In this document: positions 16,382 to 25,780 of the stretch, in pieces
How positions within the stretch are numbered: position 1 is the stretch's first letter
How the letters are laid out: every line of letters begins with the position of its first letter
Assembly: GCA_965219685.1 (NCBI GenBank)
Contig: CBDCOH010000002.1
Coordinates: 896,001 to 960,000 of the forward strand
DNA from: Candidatus Spongiisociaceae bacterium
GTDB taxonomy: Bacteria; Actinomycetota; Acidimicrobiia; Spongiisociales; Spongiisociaceae
Reading direction: 5' to 3'
DNA: 64,000 bases
Position numbers and translations under genes: made by a program
The notes under the pieces: generated by a model
Seen by the model: the letters and a program-made list of their open reading frames with translations, nothing else
Database searches by the model: none
Told to the model about the DNA's origin: nothing

Positions 16382-17385
16382 TTGCCGACTCCTTCCCCGG
16401 CGCGGTAGCAAGATACCAGGTGGCCGGGACTGACCTCATCGAAGGGCGGGTGATCGTTGGAGTGGCAGACGTCGGCGGCGAGGGGACACCGCTCGATGAA
16501 GCGGCACACGGGCGGTGGGTTGATGGCCTTGGAGATTCCCCCCCGGATGTCGGCGCTCTCCCGGCGGTGGGTTGGATCCGGAACGGGAACCGAAGCCAGC
16601 AGAGCCCTCGTGTAGGGATGCTGCGGGTTGCCGAGGATTTCCTCGGTCGCGCCCATCTCCACGATCTTGCCCAGGTACATGACCGCGATGCGATCGCACA
16701 TGTAGCGCGCCACGGCCAGATCGTGGGTGATGTACAGGTAGGAGACGTTCAGCCGCTCCGCCAGCTTCAGCATCAGGTCCATGATCGAGATCCGGATCGA
16801 CACGTCGAGCATGGAAGTGGGCTCGTCCGCTACGACGAAGGACGGATCGACCACCAGGGCCCGGGCGATGGCCACCCGTTGCCGCTGCCCGCCGGACAAC
16901 TCGTGCGGGTAGCGGAACAGAAAGGTCGATGCAGGGGTCAGCCCGACCAGTTCCAGAAGTCGCATGGTCCGCTTCTCGCGTTCGCCTATGCTCCCGATCC
17001 GCTGCACGGTCAGTGGTTCCGCGATCGTGTCGTAAACGGTCCGACGCGGGTTCAGCGACTCGAACGGATCCTGGAAGATCATCTGCACCCGCCGCCGGAA
17101 CCGTCGGAGGTCTTCCTTGGCGGCTATTCCGGCCATGTCGACCATCTCGCCGTCCTGCTCGAGCATGATCCGTCCTGAGGTGGCCTCGAGTAGCTTGACC
17201 AGCAGCTTGCCGGTGGTGCTCTTGCCGCAACCCGACTCGCCAACCAGCCCGAGGGTCTCCCCCGGGGCGATGTCGAAGCTGATCCGGTCCACGGCGTGGA
17301 CGTGCTCGGTCGCGCTGCGGAAGGCGTTGCGTGAGATCGGGAACTTCTTGGTCAGGTTCTCGACGCTCACCAGTGGCCGGGTCAT
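16378..17385 (-). CDS. Oligopeptide/dipeptide ABC ATPase (OppF/DppF)
   Basis: GESGCGKS, QMIFQDP, YPHELSGGQRQR, DEPT, HPYT, C-terminal CRF..RC...C cluster. Confidence 0.95.
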   Translation of the reverse strand: MTRPLVSVENLTKKFPISRNAFRSATEHVHAVDRISFDIAPGETLGLVGESGCGKSTTGKLLVKLLEATSGRIMLEQDGEMVDMAGIAAKEDLRRFRRRVQMIFQDPFESLNPRRTVYDTIAEPLTVQRIGSIGEREKRTMRLLELVGLTPASTFLFRYPHELSGGQRQRVAIARALVVDPSFVVADEPTSMLDVSIRISIMDLMLKLAERLNVSYLYITHDLAVARYMCDRIAVMYLGKIVEMGATEEILGNPQHPYTRALLASVPVPDPTHRRESADIRGGISKAINPPPVCRFIERCPLAADVCHSNDHPPFDEVSPGHLVSCYRAGEGVGN

Positions 17386-18815
17386 GCCTGTACGCCCTTG
17401 CGTATCCGGACCGGGACGCTCGTCCAGTTCCAGCAGGCTACCCCGTAGCCGGACTGCGGGTCGATGACCTCCATGATCGGGTTCTCCTCGCGGCAGCGCT
17501 GGTCGGCGAATGGGCACCGGGGGTGGAACCGGCAGCCGGCGGGCGGGTCGATGAGGTTGGGCGGTTCGCCCTCGAGGGGCGCCAGCACGCGGCGGGGCCC
17601 GGTCACCGACGGCGTGGAACGCAGGAGCAGGTAAGTGTACGGGTGGCGGGGCCGGGAGAACACGTCCGCGGTCGGTCCCAGTTCAACGAGGCGACCGGCG
17701 TACATCACTCCCATCACCTCGGTCACCTCGGCGATGACCGCGATGTCGTGGGAGATGTAGATGATGCTCATCCCCAGCGAGGTCTGGACCTTCTTCAGTT
17801 CGTGCAGGATCTGGTCCTGAACGATGACGTCGAGGGCGGTGGTGGGTTCGTCGGCGATGATCACCTGCGGGTCGCACGAGAGAGCCATCGCGATGACCGC
17901 CCGCTGCCTCATCCCGCCCGAGAACTCGTGCGGGTAGCGATCCACCATCGCCCGGCTCAGCCCGACCAGATCGAACAACTCACCGATCCGATCCCGGATC
18001 TTCTCCTCGGTCAACGCGCCCCCGAAGTGGGTGACCATCGCCTCCCGGATCTGCTCGTAGACGGTGTAGACGGGGTTCCACGCGTTCATCGCGCCTTGGA
18101 AGACCATGGCGATGTCGGACCAGCGGCGGGTCCTCATCTCGTCCTCGCTCACGTCGAGGAGGTCGGCCCCGTTGAGACGTACCGATCCGCCTCGAAACTC
18201 CGCGTTCTCCGGCAGCAGCCGCAGGAGCGACATCGCGACCGAGGTCTTGCCGCAACCGGACTCCCCGACCAATCCCAGAGCCTCCCCCTTGTGCAGCACG
18301 AAGCTGACCCCGTCGACCGCGGAGACCCATCCTTCGCTGGTCCTGTAATGCATGCTCAGGTCGTCGACCTCCAGCAGAGGCGCGCCGTCCGATGCGCCCG
18401 CGGCCCCATCGCGGGCTTGAGAGCGGGCGGAACGCAGGTGGGAACCCACCCGGCCCGCGGTGTGTCCACCCAGCGCGGCGCCGGAGACGAAACCGAGCGC
18501 ACGCACGATGACCGTTCCGATGGCCAATTCGCCTCCGACGGCACCCCAGACCACCTCCACGGCGAACAGGCCCAGCGCGGCCATCATCCCGTGGGTCGGG
18601 CGCCGATGACCGGCCGCCAGGCCGCCGACCAATGCTCCTACGAACCCGGGCAGCAGGAGGGCGACCAGAATCACCACGTACCCGGGCCGGTACTCGTCCT
18701 CCGGCGGGGTTATCCACCCTCCCAGCCACCAGTTCGACAGCGCCATCACGGCGGTGCCGAGGAGGATCGCCACCAGGTTCAGCCGGGGCTGGCTGGTCTC
18801 CGCGGTCCCGCTCAT
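17382..18815 (-). CDS. Oligopeptide/dipeptide ABC ATPase (OppD/DppD) with N-terminal ~130-aa membrane domain
   Basis: GESGCGKT, YPHEFSGGMRQR, DEPTTALDV; 3-4 hydrophobic segments precede LLEVDDL in frame; SD GGGGAG before the ATG. Confidence 0.9.
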   Translation of the reverse strand: MSGTAETSQPRLNLVAILLGTAVMALSNWWLGGWITPPEDEYRPGYVVILVALLLPGFVGALVGGLAAGHRRPTHGMMAALGLFAVEVVWGAVGGELAIGTVIVRALGFVSGAALGGHTAGRVGSHLRSARSQARDGAAGASDGAPLLEVDDLSMHYRTSEGWVSAVDGVSFVLHKGEALGLVGESGCGKTSVAMSLLRLLPENAEFRGGSVRLNGADLLDVSEDEMRTRRWSDIAMVFQGAMNAWNPVYTVYEQIREAMVTHFGGALTEEKIRDRIGELFDLVGLSRAMVDRYPHEFSGGMRQRAVIAMALSCDPQVIIADEPTTALDVIVQDQILHELKKVQTSLGMSIIYISHDIAVIAEVTEVMGVMYAGRLVELGPTADVFSRPRHPYTYLLLRSTPSVTGPRRVLAPLEGEPPNLIDPPAGCRFHPRCPFADQRCREENPIMEVIDPQSGYGVACWNWTSVPVRIRKGVQA

Positions 18816-18891
18816 CCGGACTCCCCCACCGGTCGCGTGCGTCCCGCCCGTCCGGGCGACCGGCCGGCGGACAGCAGGGCGGTGAACTCCC

Positions 18892-20148
18892 TCATCGCTT
18901 CCTCAGCCTGGGATTGATCACCTCGTCCATGGCCCGGCCGACCAGGAAGAAGGCGGCTGCGAGGAGCGACACGCACAGTCCGGCCGGGAACACCAGCCAC
19001 CAGAATCGCATGCCGGTGAGGAAGTATCCCTGGTTCCTGGCCAGTTCGATCATCAGTCCCCAACTCATGTCGATGTTGAGCAGACCGAGGAAGGAGAGAA
19101 TGGCCTCCGTCTGGATGGCGGCGGTGACAGTGAACATCATGTACAGGAAGCTGAGCGGCATCACGTTCGGTATCACATGGATGACTATGACCCGGAGCGT
19201 GGAACCGCCCGCCACACGGGCGGCCTCGATGAAGGGCTTCACCTTCACCGCCAGAGCCTGCGACTTGAGGACGATGGCCACCCCGCCGAAGCCCGACAGC
19301 ACGCCGATCAGTAGGGCCAGGTGCCACAACTGGAAGCGGAACACCGAACTCATCACGATCAAGATGGCGAGGCCGGGGAGCATCAGCAGCAGATCGGCCA
19401 GGCGCATGAAGAAAGAGTCGACCCAGCCGCCCAGGTATGCGGCCACCGCGCCGACCGAGGTTGCGAAGATGACCGTGACCAGCGCGGCCACCAATCCCAG
19501 CAGGAACGCTCCCTGCGCGCCCTTCATGAGTTGGGACAGGATGTCGCGCCCGAGCGGATCCGTGCCGAGCCAGTGACGACCGTACGGACCGGTGGGTTGC
19601 TCGCGGATCTCGGCGATGTCGCCGATCATAAGGGGAGATCCGTCGGGGTTGGAGTAGAGGAGCGCCTCCCGGACCGACATCTCCGTGGCCGGATCCGTGA
19701 CCTCGTTGACCACCGTCCTGTACAGGGTCGGGGGGTTCGCCTCGTTCCCGACGACCGGGTGGTAGGTGCCGGTGTCCCACACCCCACCTAGTGTCACCGC
19801 TGCTACGGCTAGCAGAGCGCCGGTGACTCCGACCGTCAGCGGGAGCGTGAGCCTCCGCTCGTAGCGCAGGCGCCCCAGCAGGGGCCAGGTCAGCCAGGCC
19901 ACGGCCGGCCAGATCAGCAGGAACAACGCTGCGCCCGAGTACCAGCGCAGGCCCGACATCAGGACCGGATGTATGAGGGCCATCAGCCCGAAGAACAGGA
20001 TGATGGCCAACCCCACGACTCCGACCCGGTTGGCTCGGAACAGGTTCCAGTTGTTGGTCACGCCGGCCCACACCAGGTTGGCCCGGATCCTCCAGAGCGA
20101 ACCGGTGGCGGGCAGATCGGTGGCCGGAGCTTCCAGCAGATCAGTCAT
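18892..20148 (-). CDS. Peptide ABC permease (OppC/DppC)
   Basis: HWLGTDPLGRDI, EAARVAG, EAILSFLGL, INPRLR. Confidence 0.95.
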   Translation of the reverse strand: MTDLLEAPATDLPATGSLWRIRANLVWAGVTNNWNLFRANRVGVVGLAIILFFGLMALIHPVLMSGLRWYSGAALFLLIWPAVAWLTWPLLGRLRYERRLTLPLTVGVTGALLAVAAVTLGGVWDTGTYHPVVGNEANPPTLYRTVVNEVTDPATEMSVREALLYSNPDGSPLMIGDIAEIREQPTGPYGRHWLGTDPLGRDILSQLMKGAQGAFLLGLVAALVTVIFATSVGAVAAYLGGWVDSFFMRLADLLLMLPGLAILIVMSSVFRFQLWHLALLIGVLSGFGGVAIVLKSQALAVKVKPFIEAARVAGGSTLRVIVIHVIPNVMPLSFLYMMFTVTAAIQTEAILSFLGLLNIDMSWGLMIELARNQGYFLTGMRFWWLVFPAGLCVSLLAAAFFLVGRAMDEVINPRLRKR

Positions 20149-20167
20149 CGGTCGCGTCCCCGCATCG

Positions 20168-21343
20168 TCACTCCCCCGTCACCCTGATCCGGGGGTCGAG
20201 GAACATGTAGAGGATGTCCACCACCAGGTGCCCGACCATGGCCATGACGCCCACGAACGAGAAAGCGGCGATGGCCAGGTTCAGGTCCTGTCCCACCACC
20301 GACGTGAACAGCAACTCGCCCATGCCGGGCCACGAGTAGACGGTTTCGGTGATGATCCCGCCGTCGATGACGGTTGCCACGGCGATCACCAGGCTGGTGG
20401 TCACCGGGAGCAGGGCCGTGCGGGCGGCGTGGCGGTCGCGCACGGTCTTCTCGGCCAGGCCCTTGGCCCGGGCGGTCAGGATGAAGTCCTCCCGCATGGT
20501 CTCGAGCATGGAACTGCGGGTCAGGAGCATGATCCCGGCGAAGCTGATCAGCGTGATGGTTATGACCGGGAGGATCATGTGGTGAAGGATGTCCCCGGCG
20601 TACAGGCGCCGGGCCGATCCGAAGTCGCTCAGGTACCAGAACCAGATCATCACCAGGGCCAGCGCGCCGTATCCCATCCACACCGTCCGCTTCCGCAGGG
20701 CCGCGTCCCTGATGCGGCGGGACAGGATCCACAGGGTGAGCGCCACTACGCCGCCCACCAGCAACACCCCGAATATCACCATGAACACGTGGTTGGAGCT
20801 GAAGGGAGCGTCCACCCACTCCTCGGGGTCTAGGAACTTGTTTATCGGCACCACGTCGGCGTAGAAGGCGAAGAACCAGATCAGCATCAGCGCGAACCAG
20901 GGGTAGAAGACCGTGTAGAGAAACACGCTGCCGATGGTTATGGCGTGCTCGCCCCGCCGTCCCCGCCGCCAGGCGATGAACTTCCCGGCTACGAAACCGA
21001 GCAGGTAGTAGCTCACAAGCACCGTCAGGAACAGCACCAGGGTTCTGGGCAACCGCTCCAGGATGATGTCCGACACCGGCCGCGGGTACTGGAGGAACGA
21101 GAACCCGAAGTCGCCGCGGAAGAAGTTCCACATGTAGCTGGTGTACTGCTCCCACAGGGGCTTGTCGAGGCCGAGGCGCTCGATGGCCAACTGCGCCGCC
21201 TCGGGCGGGATATTGGGGTTGGTGGCGAACCGCTGCTTGACGGTGTCGCCGGGCAGGGCGGTGAGCAGCAGGAAGGTCAGCGTCAGGAAGATGACGAACA
21301 GGACGAACATCTGCGCGGCACGCCGCGCGATGTAGCGCATCAT
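20168..21343 (-). CDS. Peptide ABC permease (OppB/DppB)
   Basis: LGLDKPL..QY, GDFG.S, TARAKGL, ETVYSWPGMG, LDPRIR. Confidence 0.95.
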   Translation of the reverse strand: MMRYIARRAAQMFVLFVIFLTLTFLLLTALPGDTVKQRFATNPNIPPEAAQLAIERLGLDKPLWEQYTSYMWNFFRGDFGFSFLQYPRPVSDIILERLPRTLVLFLTVLVSYYLLGFVAGKFIAWRRGRRGEHAITIGSVFLYTVFYPWFALMLIWFFAFYADVVPINKFLDPEEWVDAPFSSNHVFMVIFGVLLVGGVVALTLWILSRRIRDAALRKRTVWMGYGALALVMIWFWYLSDFGSARRLYAGDILHHMILPVITITLISFAGIMLLTRSSMLETMREDFILTARAKGLAEKTVRDRHAARTALLPVTTSLVIAVATVIDGGIITETVYSWPGMGELLFTSVVGQDLNLAIAAFSFVGVMAMVGHLVVDILYMFLDPRIRVTGE

Positions 21344-21403
21344 CTCACTGCCACCTCAACCTCGTGCCTCCGTTCCGCCTCGTGGTCTCGCGTCCGAGTG
21401 GGG

Positions 21404-21437
21404 GCGGCGGGAGGACCTGGCCGGTCCTTCCCGCCGC
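21404..21437 (-). terminator. Stem-loop after the SBP gene (mRNA stabiliser or partial terminator)
   Basis: GCGGCGGGAGGACC-tggcc-GGTCCTTCCCGCCGC. Confidence 0.6.
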
Positions 21438-21452
21438 TCTGTCTTCGGTCGC

Positions 21453-23675
21453 CTACTGGGCCAGATTGACCGCTCCGGGCAGCGCCTGGAAGTTCTGCAG
21501 ACCGTCGAGAGTGGTCGTGCTCGGGAACTCCAAGGTATTCCGGAAGGCCTCCAGCACCGGGGTGGTGAAGAGGACCACGTACGGGACATCCTGGGCGAGC
21601 ACCGCGTCCATCTCACGGACGAGCGCAGCCGCGGCGTTGATGTCGGTCTCGGCCTTCAGTTGGTCCGCCATCGCGTCGAACTCCGGGTTCGCGTAGCCGG
21701 GGATGTTGAAGCCGCCGGCGGTGGCGGAGTCGGCACGCGAGTCGAAGAAGTCGGCCACGTAGTCCGGGAAGATGGTGAGACCCCATCCGAGGATGTACAT
21801 GTCCCAGTCCACCGGCCCGAACACCTTGTCCACGATCACCGAGAAGCCGGTGGGTTCCGCCGTCAGGGGGATGCCGAGGTCGTTGGCCCAGTCGGCGATG
21901 AACAGGCTGTAGGTGGCCCGTAGCGGATCGTATCCCGGCCCGGGGGCCAGCAACTCGAGGTCCCCGACCGGCGTGCCGTCAGGACCCCGGAGGCCCTCAC
22001 CCTTCGGGATCACGTCCAGGTTGTCGGGGTTCCACTGCGGCTCGACATCCCACGTCCAACCGGCGTCCTTGAGGATCTGCACGGCCGAGTTGACCCGCTC
22101 CTCCTGGCTCTGTCCCGCGCACCAGGCATCGAGGTCCGGGTTGGCCCAGAACGCGTTGCCGGGAGGCACCATGGAGTTCAGCGGGATGGCCACGCCCTGT
22201 AGCACGTTGGTGGCCATGAACTCCTTGTCGATCATGCAGGCCATTGCCTGGCGGAAGGCCACGTCCGACCCGGGGAAGCTCCGGGTGTTGAAGGCCAGGT
22301 AGCGGAAGCCGTTGGATGAGTTGGAGATCACATCGAGGTCCCCGGCTTCCAGCACCGTGGACTGCAGACCACGCTGGAGACCCAGCGGGTTGAGCAGGAA
22401 GTCCACCTCTCCGTCACGGAGGGCCAGGACGGCAGCATCCTGGGTGTCGTACACCGAGTAGATGGCGTCGCTCACGTACGGTCCGCCGATCGAGTCGGCG
22501 ATGACCTCGCCGGACGTATCGCCCACCTGCCAGTTCACATCGCCGGAGAAGGTAACACCGCCGGTCGAATAGGCGGTGGTCTGCGCTCCTTGGTCGTTGG
22601 CGTTGGCGTTGGCGACGCTGCGGGCGAAGGCTCCCGGCTCGCGGCGATCGAAGACCATGCTCCCGCCCGACGGCGCGCCTTCCCCGGACACGGCGTAGAG
22701 CTCGCCGGCGTCGCCGGATGCGGCAACGTGCGGCCCCCAGTGGGCCTCGGAGAAGATCGGGGACTGGGCTGCTCCGAACTGCCACTGGGCCAGACCGGGC
22801 TGGGAGCTCCATGTGTAACGGACTGTGTTGTCGTCGACAGCCTCGACGGAGATCAGGCCCTCGGCCCCCTCGTTCTCCTCCGTGTCGGGGTCGTCGTCGC
22901 GGGCCATCGGGAGGGCAGAGAACCAGTTGCCGCCCATCTCGAGGTTCTTGACGGCGTTGAAGGTGAAGGCCACGTCGTTGGCGGTGATCGGAGAGCCGTC
23001 GCTCCAGACCAGTCCCTGTCTCAGGTTGACGTCGATCACCCAGTTGTCGCCGGAGGCGGCGCCGAGCGGAGGTTCGACGTCGGCTGCGAGGTTCGGGACC
23101 ACCGTGTAGCTCGGGAATGTCGATCCGTAGAGGCTCGGTAGAGCCGTCGACAGCACGTACTGGTTCCAGACATCGGCCTCTGTATCGAAGTAGGCCCACG
23201 GATTGTCGGTGGTCGGATCACTGAAGATGGCCAGCTTGTAGGTGAACGGAGCGTCCTCCGGCATCGCCTCCGGTTCCGTCGTGGTGGGCGCGGCGGCTTC
23301 CTCCGCCTGGGCTGCCTCGGCGGCCTTCATGGCCTCCTCGGCTGCCATCTCGGCATCCTCCAGGGCTGCCTCGGCTTCGGCGAGGGCTCCAGCGAGTTCC
23401 GCCTGGGCTGCCTCGTCGCCTTCCATGGCCTCTGCGGCAGCCGCCTGGGCGGCTTCCAGGTCGGCTTGGGCCTGGGCCAGAGCGGCCGCGGCTGCGTCCG
23501 CCTCCGCCTGCGCCGCATCGGCCTGCGCCTGTGCTGCGGCGGCTTCCGCCTGTGCCTGAGCCTGCGCTGCCGCATCCTCCGTCTCTTCGTCTGCTCCGCA
23601 GGCGCCGGCGAGCAGGGCCACCAGGGCCGCGAGCGCTAGCCAGCGTAGGGATCTATGGATCGGTGAAGCCTTCAT
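21453..23675 (-). CDS. Family 5 (peptide/nickel) ABC substrate-binding lipoprotein with Ala/Glu-rich N-terminal stalk
   Basis: Lipobox LAGAC; LRQGLVWSDGSPITANDVAFT family-5 signature; YLAFN, FRQAMA, GYANPEFD. Confidence 0.93.
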   Translation of the reverse strand: MKASPIHRSLRWLALAALVALLAGACGADEETEDAAAQAQAQAEAAAAQAQADAAQAEADAAAAALAQAQADLEAAQAAAAEAMEGDEAAQAELAGALAEAEAALEDAEMAAEEAMKAAEAAQAEEAAAPTTTEPEAMPEDAPFTYKLAIFSDPTTDNPWAYFDTEADVWNQYVLSTALPSLYGSTFPSYTVVPNLAADVEPPLGAASGDNWVIDVNLRQGLVWSDGSPITANDVAFTFNAVKNLEMGGNWFSALPMARDDDPDTEENEGAEGLISVEAVDDNTVRYTWSSQPGLAQWQFGAAQSPIFSEAHWGPHVAASGDAGELYAVSGEGAPSGGSMVFDRREPGAFARSVANANANDQGAQTTAYSTGGVTFSGDVNWQVGDTSGEVIADSIGGPYVSDAIYSVYDTQDAAVLALRDGEVDFLLNPLGLQRGLQSTVLEAGDLDVISNSSNGFRYLAFNTRSFPGSDVAFRQAMACMIDKEFMATNVLQGVAIPLNSMVPPGNAFWANPDLDAWCAGQSQEERVNSAVQILKDAGWTWDVEPQWNPDNLDVIPKGEGLRGPDGTPVGDLELLAPGPGYDPLRATYSLFIADWANDLGIPLTAEPTGFSVIVDKVFGPVDWDMYILGWGLTIFPDYVADFFDSRADSATAGGFNIPGYANPEFDAMADQLKAETDINAAAALVREMDAVLAQDVPYVVLFTTPVLEAFRNTLEFPSTTTLDGLQNFQALPGAVNLAQ

Positions 23676-24091
23676 GGAATCGTCCTCCCCCCTTTTGGGT
23701 TCGCCTTTTTTCGTTTTTCAAACGATCTAGCAAGTCTATTTGACGAATGTGATCGCTCGTTGAAGAAGGCAGCTTTTTCTTCACGGGAACGCGCTCGGTC
23801 AGGATGCGTAAGGGCCTTGACCTGGGGTGTTGATCGTCCGCACGGTGCAGTGCATCAGCGATTTCCCGCCTTTGCGAACGTCGTACTCGTTCGCTCCGAT
23901 GCGATTGATCATGCCAAGAGCCGCACAGAGTCTCTGGGCCAACCTGTGAAAGCTGTGTGAGTGAATTGTCGCGTGCTTTCTGATATACGAATGACTGTTT
24001 GATTCGTAAAGCCTTGTCCTCCCCCTATACCTTGCGTGAGGGGGAGGACTCGTTCCGGGTTCATGGAACACTGCTGGTACACTTGGCCAAT

Positions 24092-24168
24092 CGGGCTGTG
24101 GCGCAGCTTGGTAGCGCGCTTGACTGGGGGTCAAGAGGTCGTGGGTTCAAATCCCGCCAGCCCGACCA
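24092..24168 (+). tRNA. tRNA-Pro (anticodon GGG)
   Basis: CGGGCTG/CAGCCCG acceptor stem, anticodon arm CTTGA-CT-GGG-GG-TCAAG, GGTTCAAATCC T-arm, encoded CCA. Confidence 0.98.
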
Positions 24169-24183
24169 GCGTGTCCGACGCGG

Positions 24184-24327
24184 TCAACCGATCCAGCGGA
24201 TGAATGCGACAACTCCTTGGACGAGGCGCCACCCGAGGTAGACGACCGCTAGCACAACCATCAACTTGAAGCTGAAGGGGGTCTTCGGAGGCGGTCTCCC
24301 GCCGGGCTGTCCCCCGCTGCCGGTCAA
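24184..24327 (-). CDS. Small single-pass membrane protein (~47 aa)
   Basis: TTG overlaps the der TGA (TTGA); PPPKTPFSFKLMVVLAVVYLGWRLVQGVVAFIRWIG. Confidence 0.6.
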   Translation of the reverse strand: MTGSGGQPGGRPPPKTPFSFKLMVVLAVVYLGWRLVQGVVAFIRWIG

Positions 24328-25652
24328 CGGGTCCGCGACCGTGCGCCGCTCCGGCGGACGACGAGGTGTACCGGCGTTCCGGTGAAGTCGTACGTCTCGC
24401 GGATCCTTCGCTCCAGGTAACGCAGGTAGGTCCGATCGAGTTGTCCGCCCTTCACGAACAGTGCCACGGTGGGAGGGGCCGTCCCGGACTGTGTGACGTA
24501 ACGGACTCTGGGGCGACGCCCCTTCCTCAGCGGCGGTGGGTGCTCGGCTGTCCACTCCGCTACCAGACGATTGAGAGTTCCCGTGGGGATCCTCCGGGCC
24601 CGGTTCGCCAGCACCAGTTCCAGGGCCGGACCCAGGCGGTGCATCCGGGCACCGGTCAGCGCCGAGATACGCAGGACCGGCGCCCAGCCGGCGAAACCCA
24701 GCCGGGTACCCACCTCCCACGATGTCCGCTCACGCCGTTCCCGGTCGGCCGCGTCCCACTTGTTCAGAAGGACGACGACCGAAGCTCCCGAGCGGGCCGC
24801 TTCCTCCGCTATTCGTTGGTCCTGATGGGTGACACCGTCGAGACCGTCCACCATGAGCAGGGCGGCGTCGGCCCGTCGGAGAACGTCACGCGCTCGGAGG
24901 ACCGAGTAGAACTCCACGTCCTCGCTGATCTTCGGCTTACGGCGCATTCCGGCGGTGTCGATCAACCGGTAGGGCGCGCCGTCCAGCCGGATAACCACGT
25001 CGATCGGGTCGCGGGTGGTGCCGGGTGTGGGCGAGACGACCACCCGCTCCTCCCCCACCAGGCGGTTGAGCATCGTCGACTTGCCGACGTTGGGACGGCC
25101 GACGATCGCGACATCGGGGGTCCGGGTTCCGGTCTCGTCGTTCGGAGAGGCGGGAAGCCGCCCGGTGACAAGATCCAGGAGGTCGGCCACTCCCGTGCCG
25201 TGGATGGCCGACATCGGCACCGGGTCTCCGAGTCCCAGTCGGCCGAACGCTGCGGCCTCTATGGCGACCATGTCGTTGTCCGCTTTGTTCGCCGCGACCA
25301 CGACCCTTTCCCCCACCGGCCTCAGAAGGTCGGCGACCGCCGCATCGTCGGTCGAGATGGTTCCCTGGGCGTCGATGACGAAGATGATCATGTCGGCTGC
25401 GGCGATTGCCGCCTCCGCCTGGACGCGTATGTCCTCCACCAACTCGGCGTCGATGGCCCGCTGCCATCCGCCCGTGTCGACCACCGTGAAGGATCGCCCG
25501 TTCCACTCCGCCTCCAACTCGCGGCGGTCCCTGGTGACGCCGGGTTTCTCCTGGACCACCGCGGCCCGCCGACCCACGATCCGGTTGACCAGGGTCGACT
25601 TGCCGACGTTGGGCCGCCCGACAACGGCTACGACGGGTTTGGCATTACTCAC
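24324..25652 (-). CDS. der: Ribosome biogenesis GTPase Der (EngA)
   Basis: Two G-domains (GRPNVGKS x2, DTGG/DTAG, NKAD/NKWD) and a KH-like C-terminus ending FTGTPV. Confidence 0.97.
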   Translation of the reverse strand: MSNAKPVVAVVGRPNVGKSTLVNRIVGRRAAVVQEKPGVTRDRRELEAEWNGRSFTVVDTGGWQRAIDAELVEDIRVQAEAAIAAADMIIFVIDAQGTISTDDAAVADLLRPVGERVVVAANKADNDMVAIEAAAFGRLGLGDPVPMSAIHGTGVADLLDLVTGRLPASPNDETGTRTPDVAIVGRPNVGKSTMLNRLVGEERVVVSPTPGTTRDPIDVVIRLDGAPYRLIDTAGMRRKPKISEDVEFYSVLRARDVLRRADAALLMVDGLDGVTHQDQRIAEEAARSGASVVVLLNKWDAADRERRERTSWEVGTRLGFAGWAPVLRISALTGARMHRLGPALELVLANRARRIPTGTLNRLVAEWTAEHPPPLRKGRRPRVRYVTQSGTAPPTVALFVKGGQLDRTYLRYLERRIRETYDFTGTPVHLVVRRSGARSRTR

Positions 25653-25780
25653 AAAGACCGTTCGTTCTCGCGGGTACACGGTCACGATACCGGCGCTGCG
25701 GGCAGTGCCGAACCGGGGTCGTTAGGTCCTGCCCGGGCGGTTTCCGGTGACGGCAACGGTCAGGGGTAGTATCGGAGGCG

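Noticed and set aside
24092-24168. tRNA-Pro as an island integration site
   Set aside because: No duplicated tRNA 3' end or adjacent integrase was found; flanks are core genes.
23760-24241. Short ORFs between the SBP gene and the tRNA
   Set aside because: Atypical codon usage and overlap with the tRNA; the region is better explained as divergent promoters.
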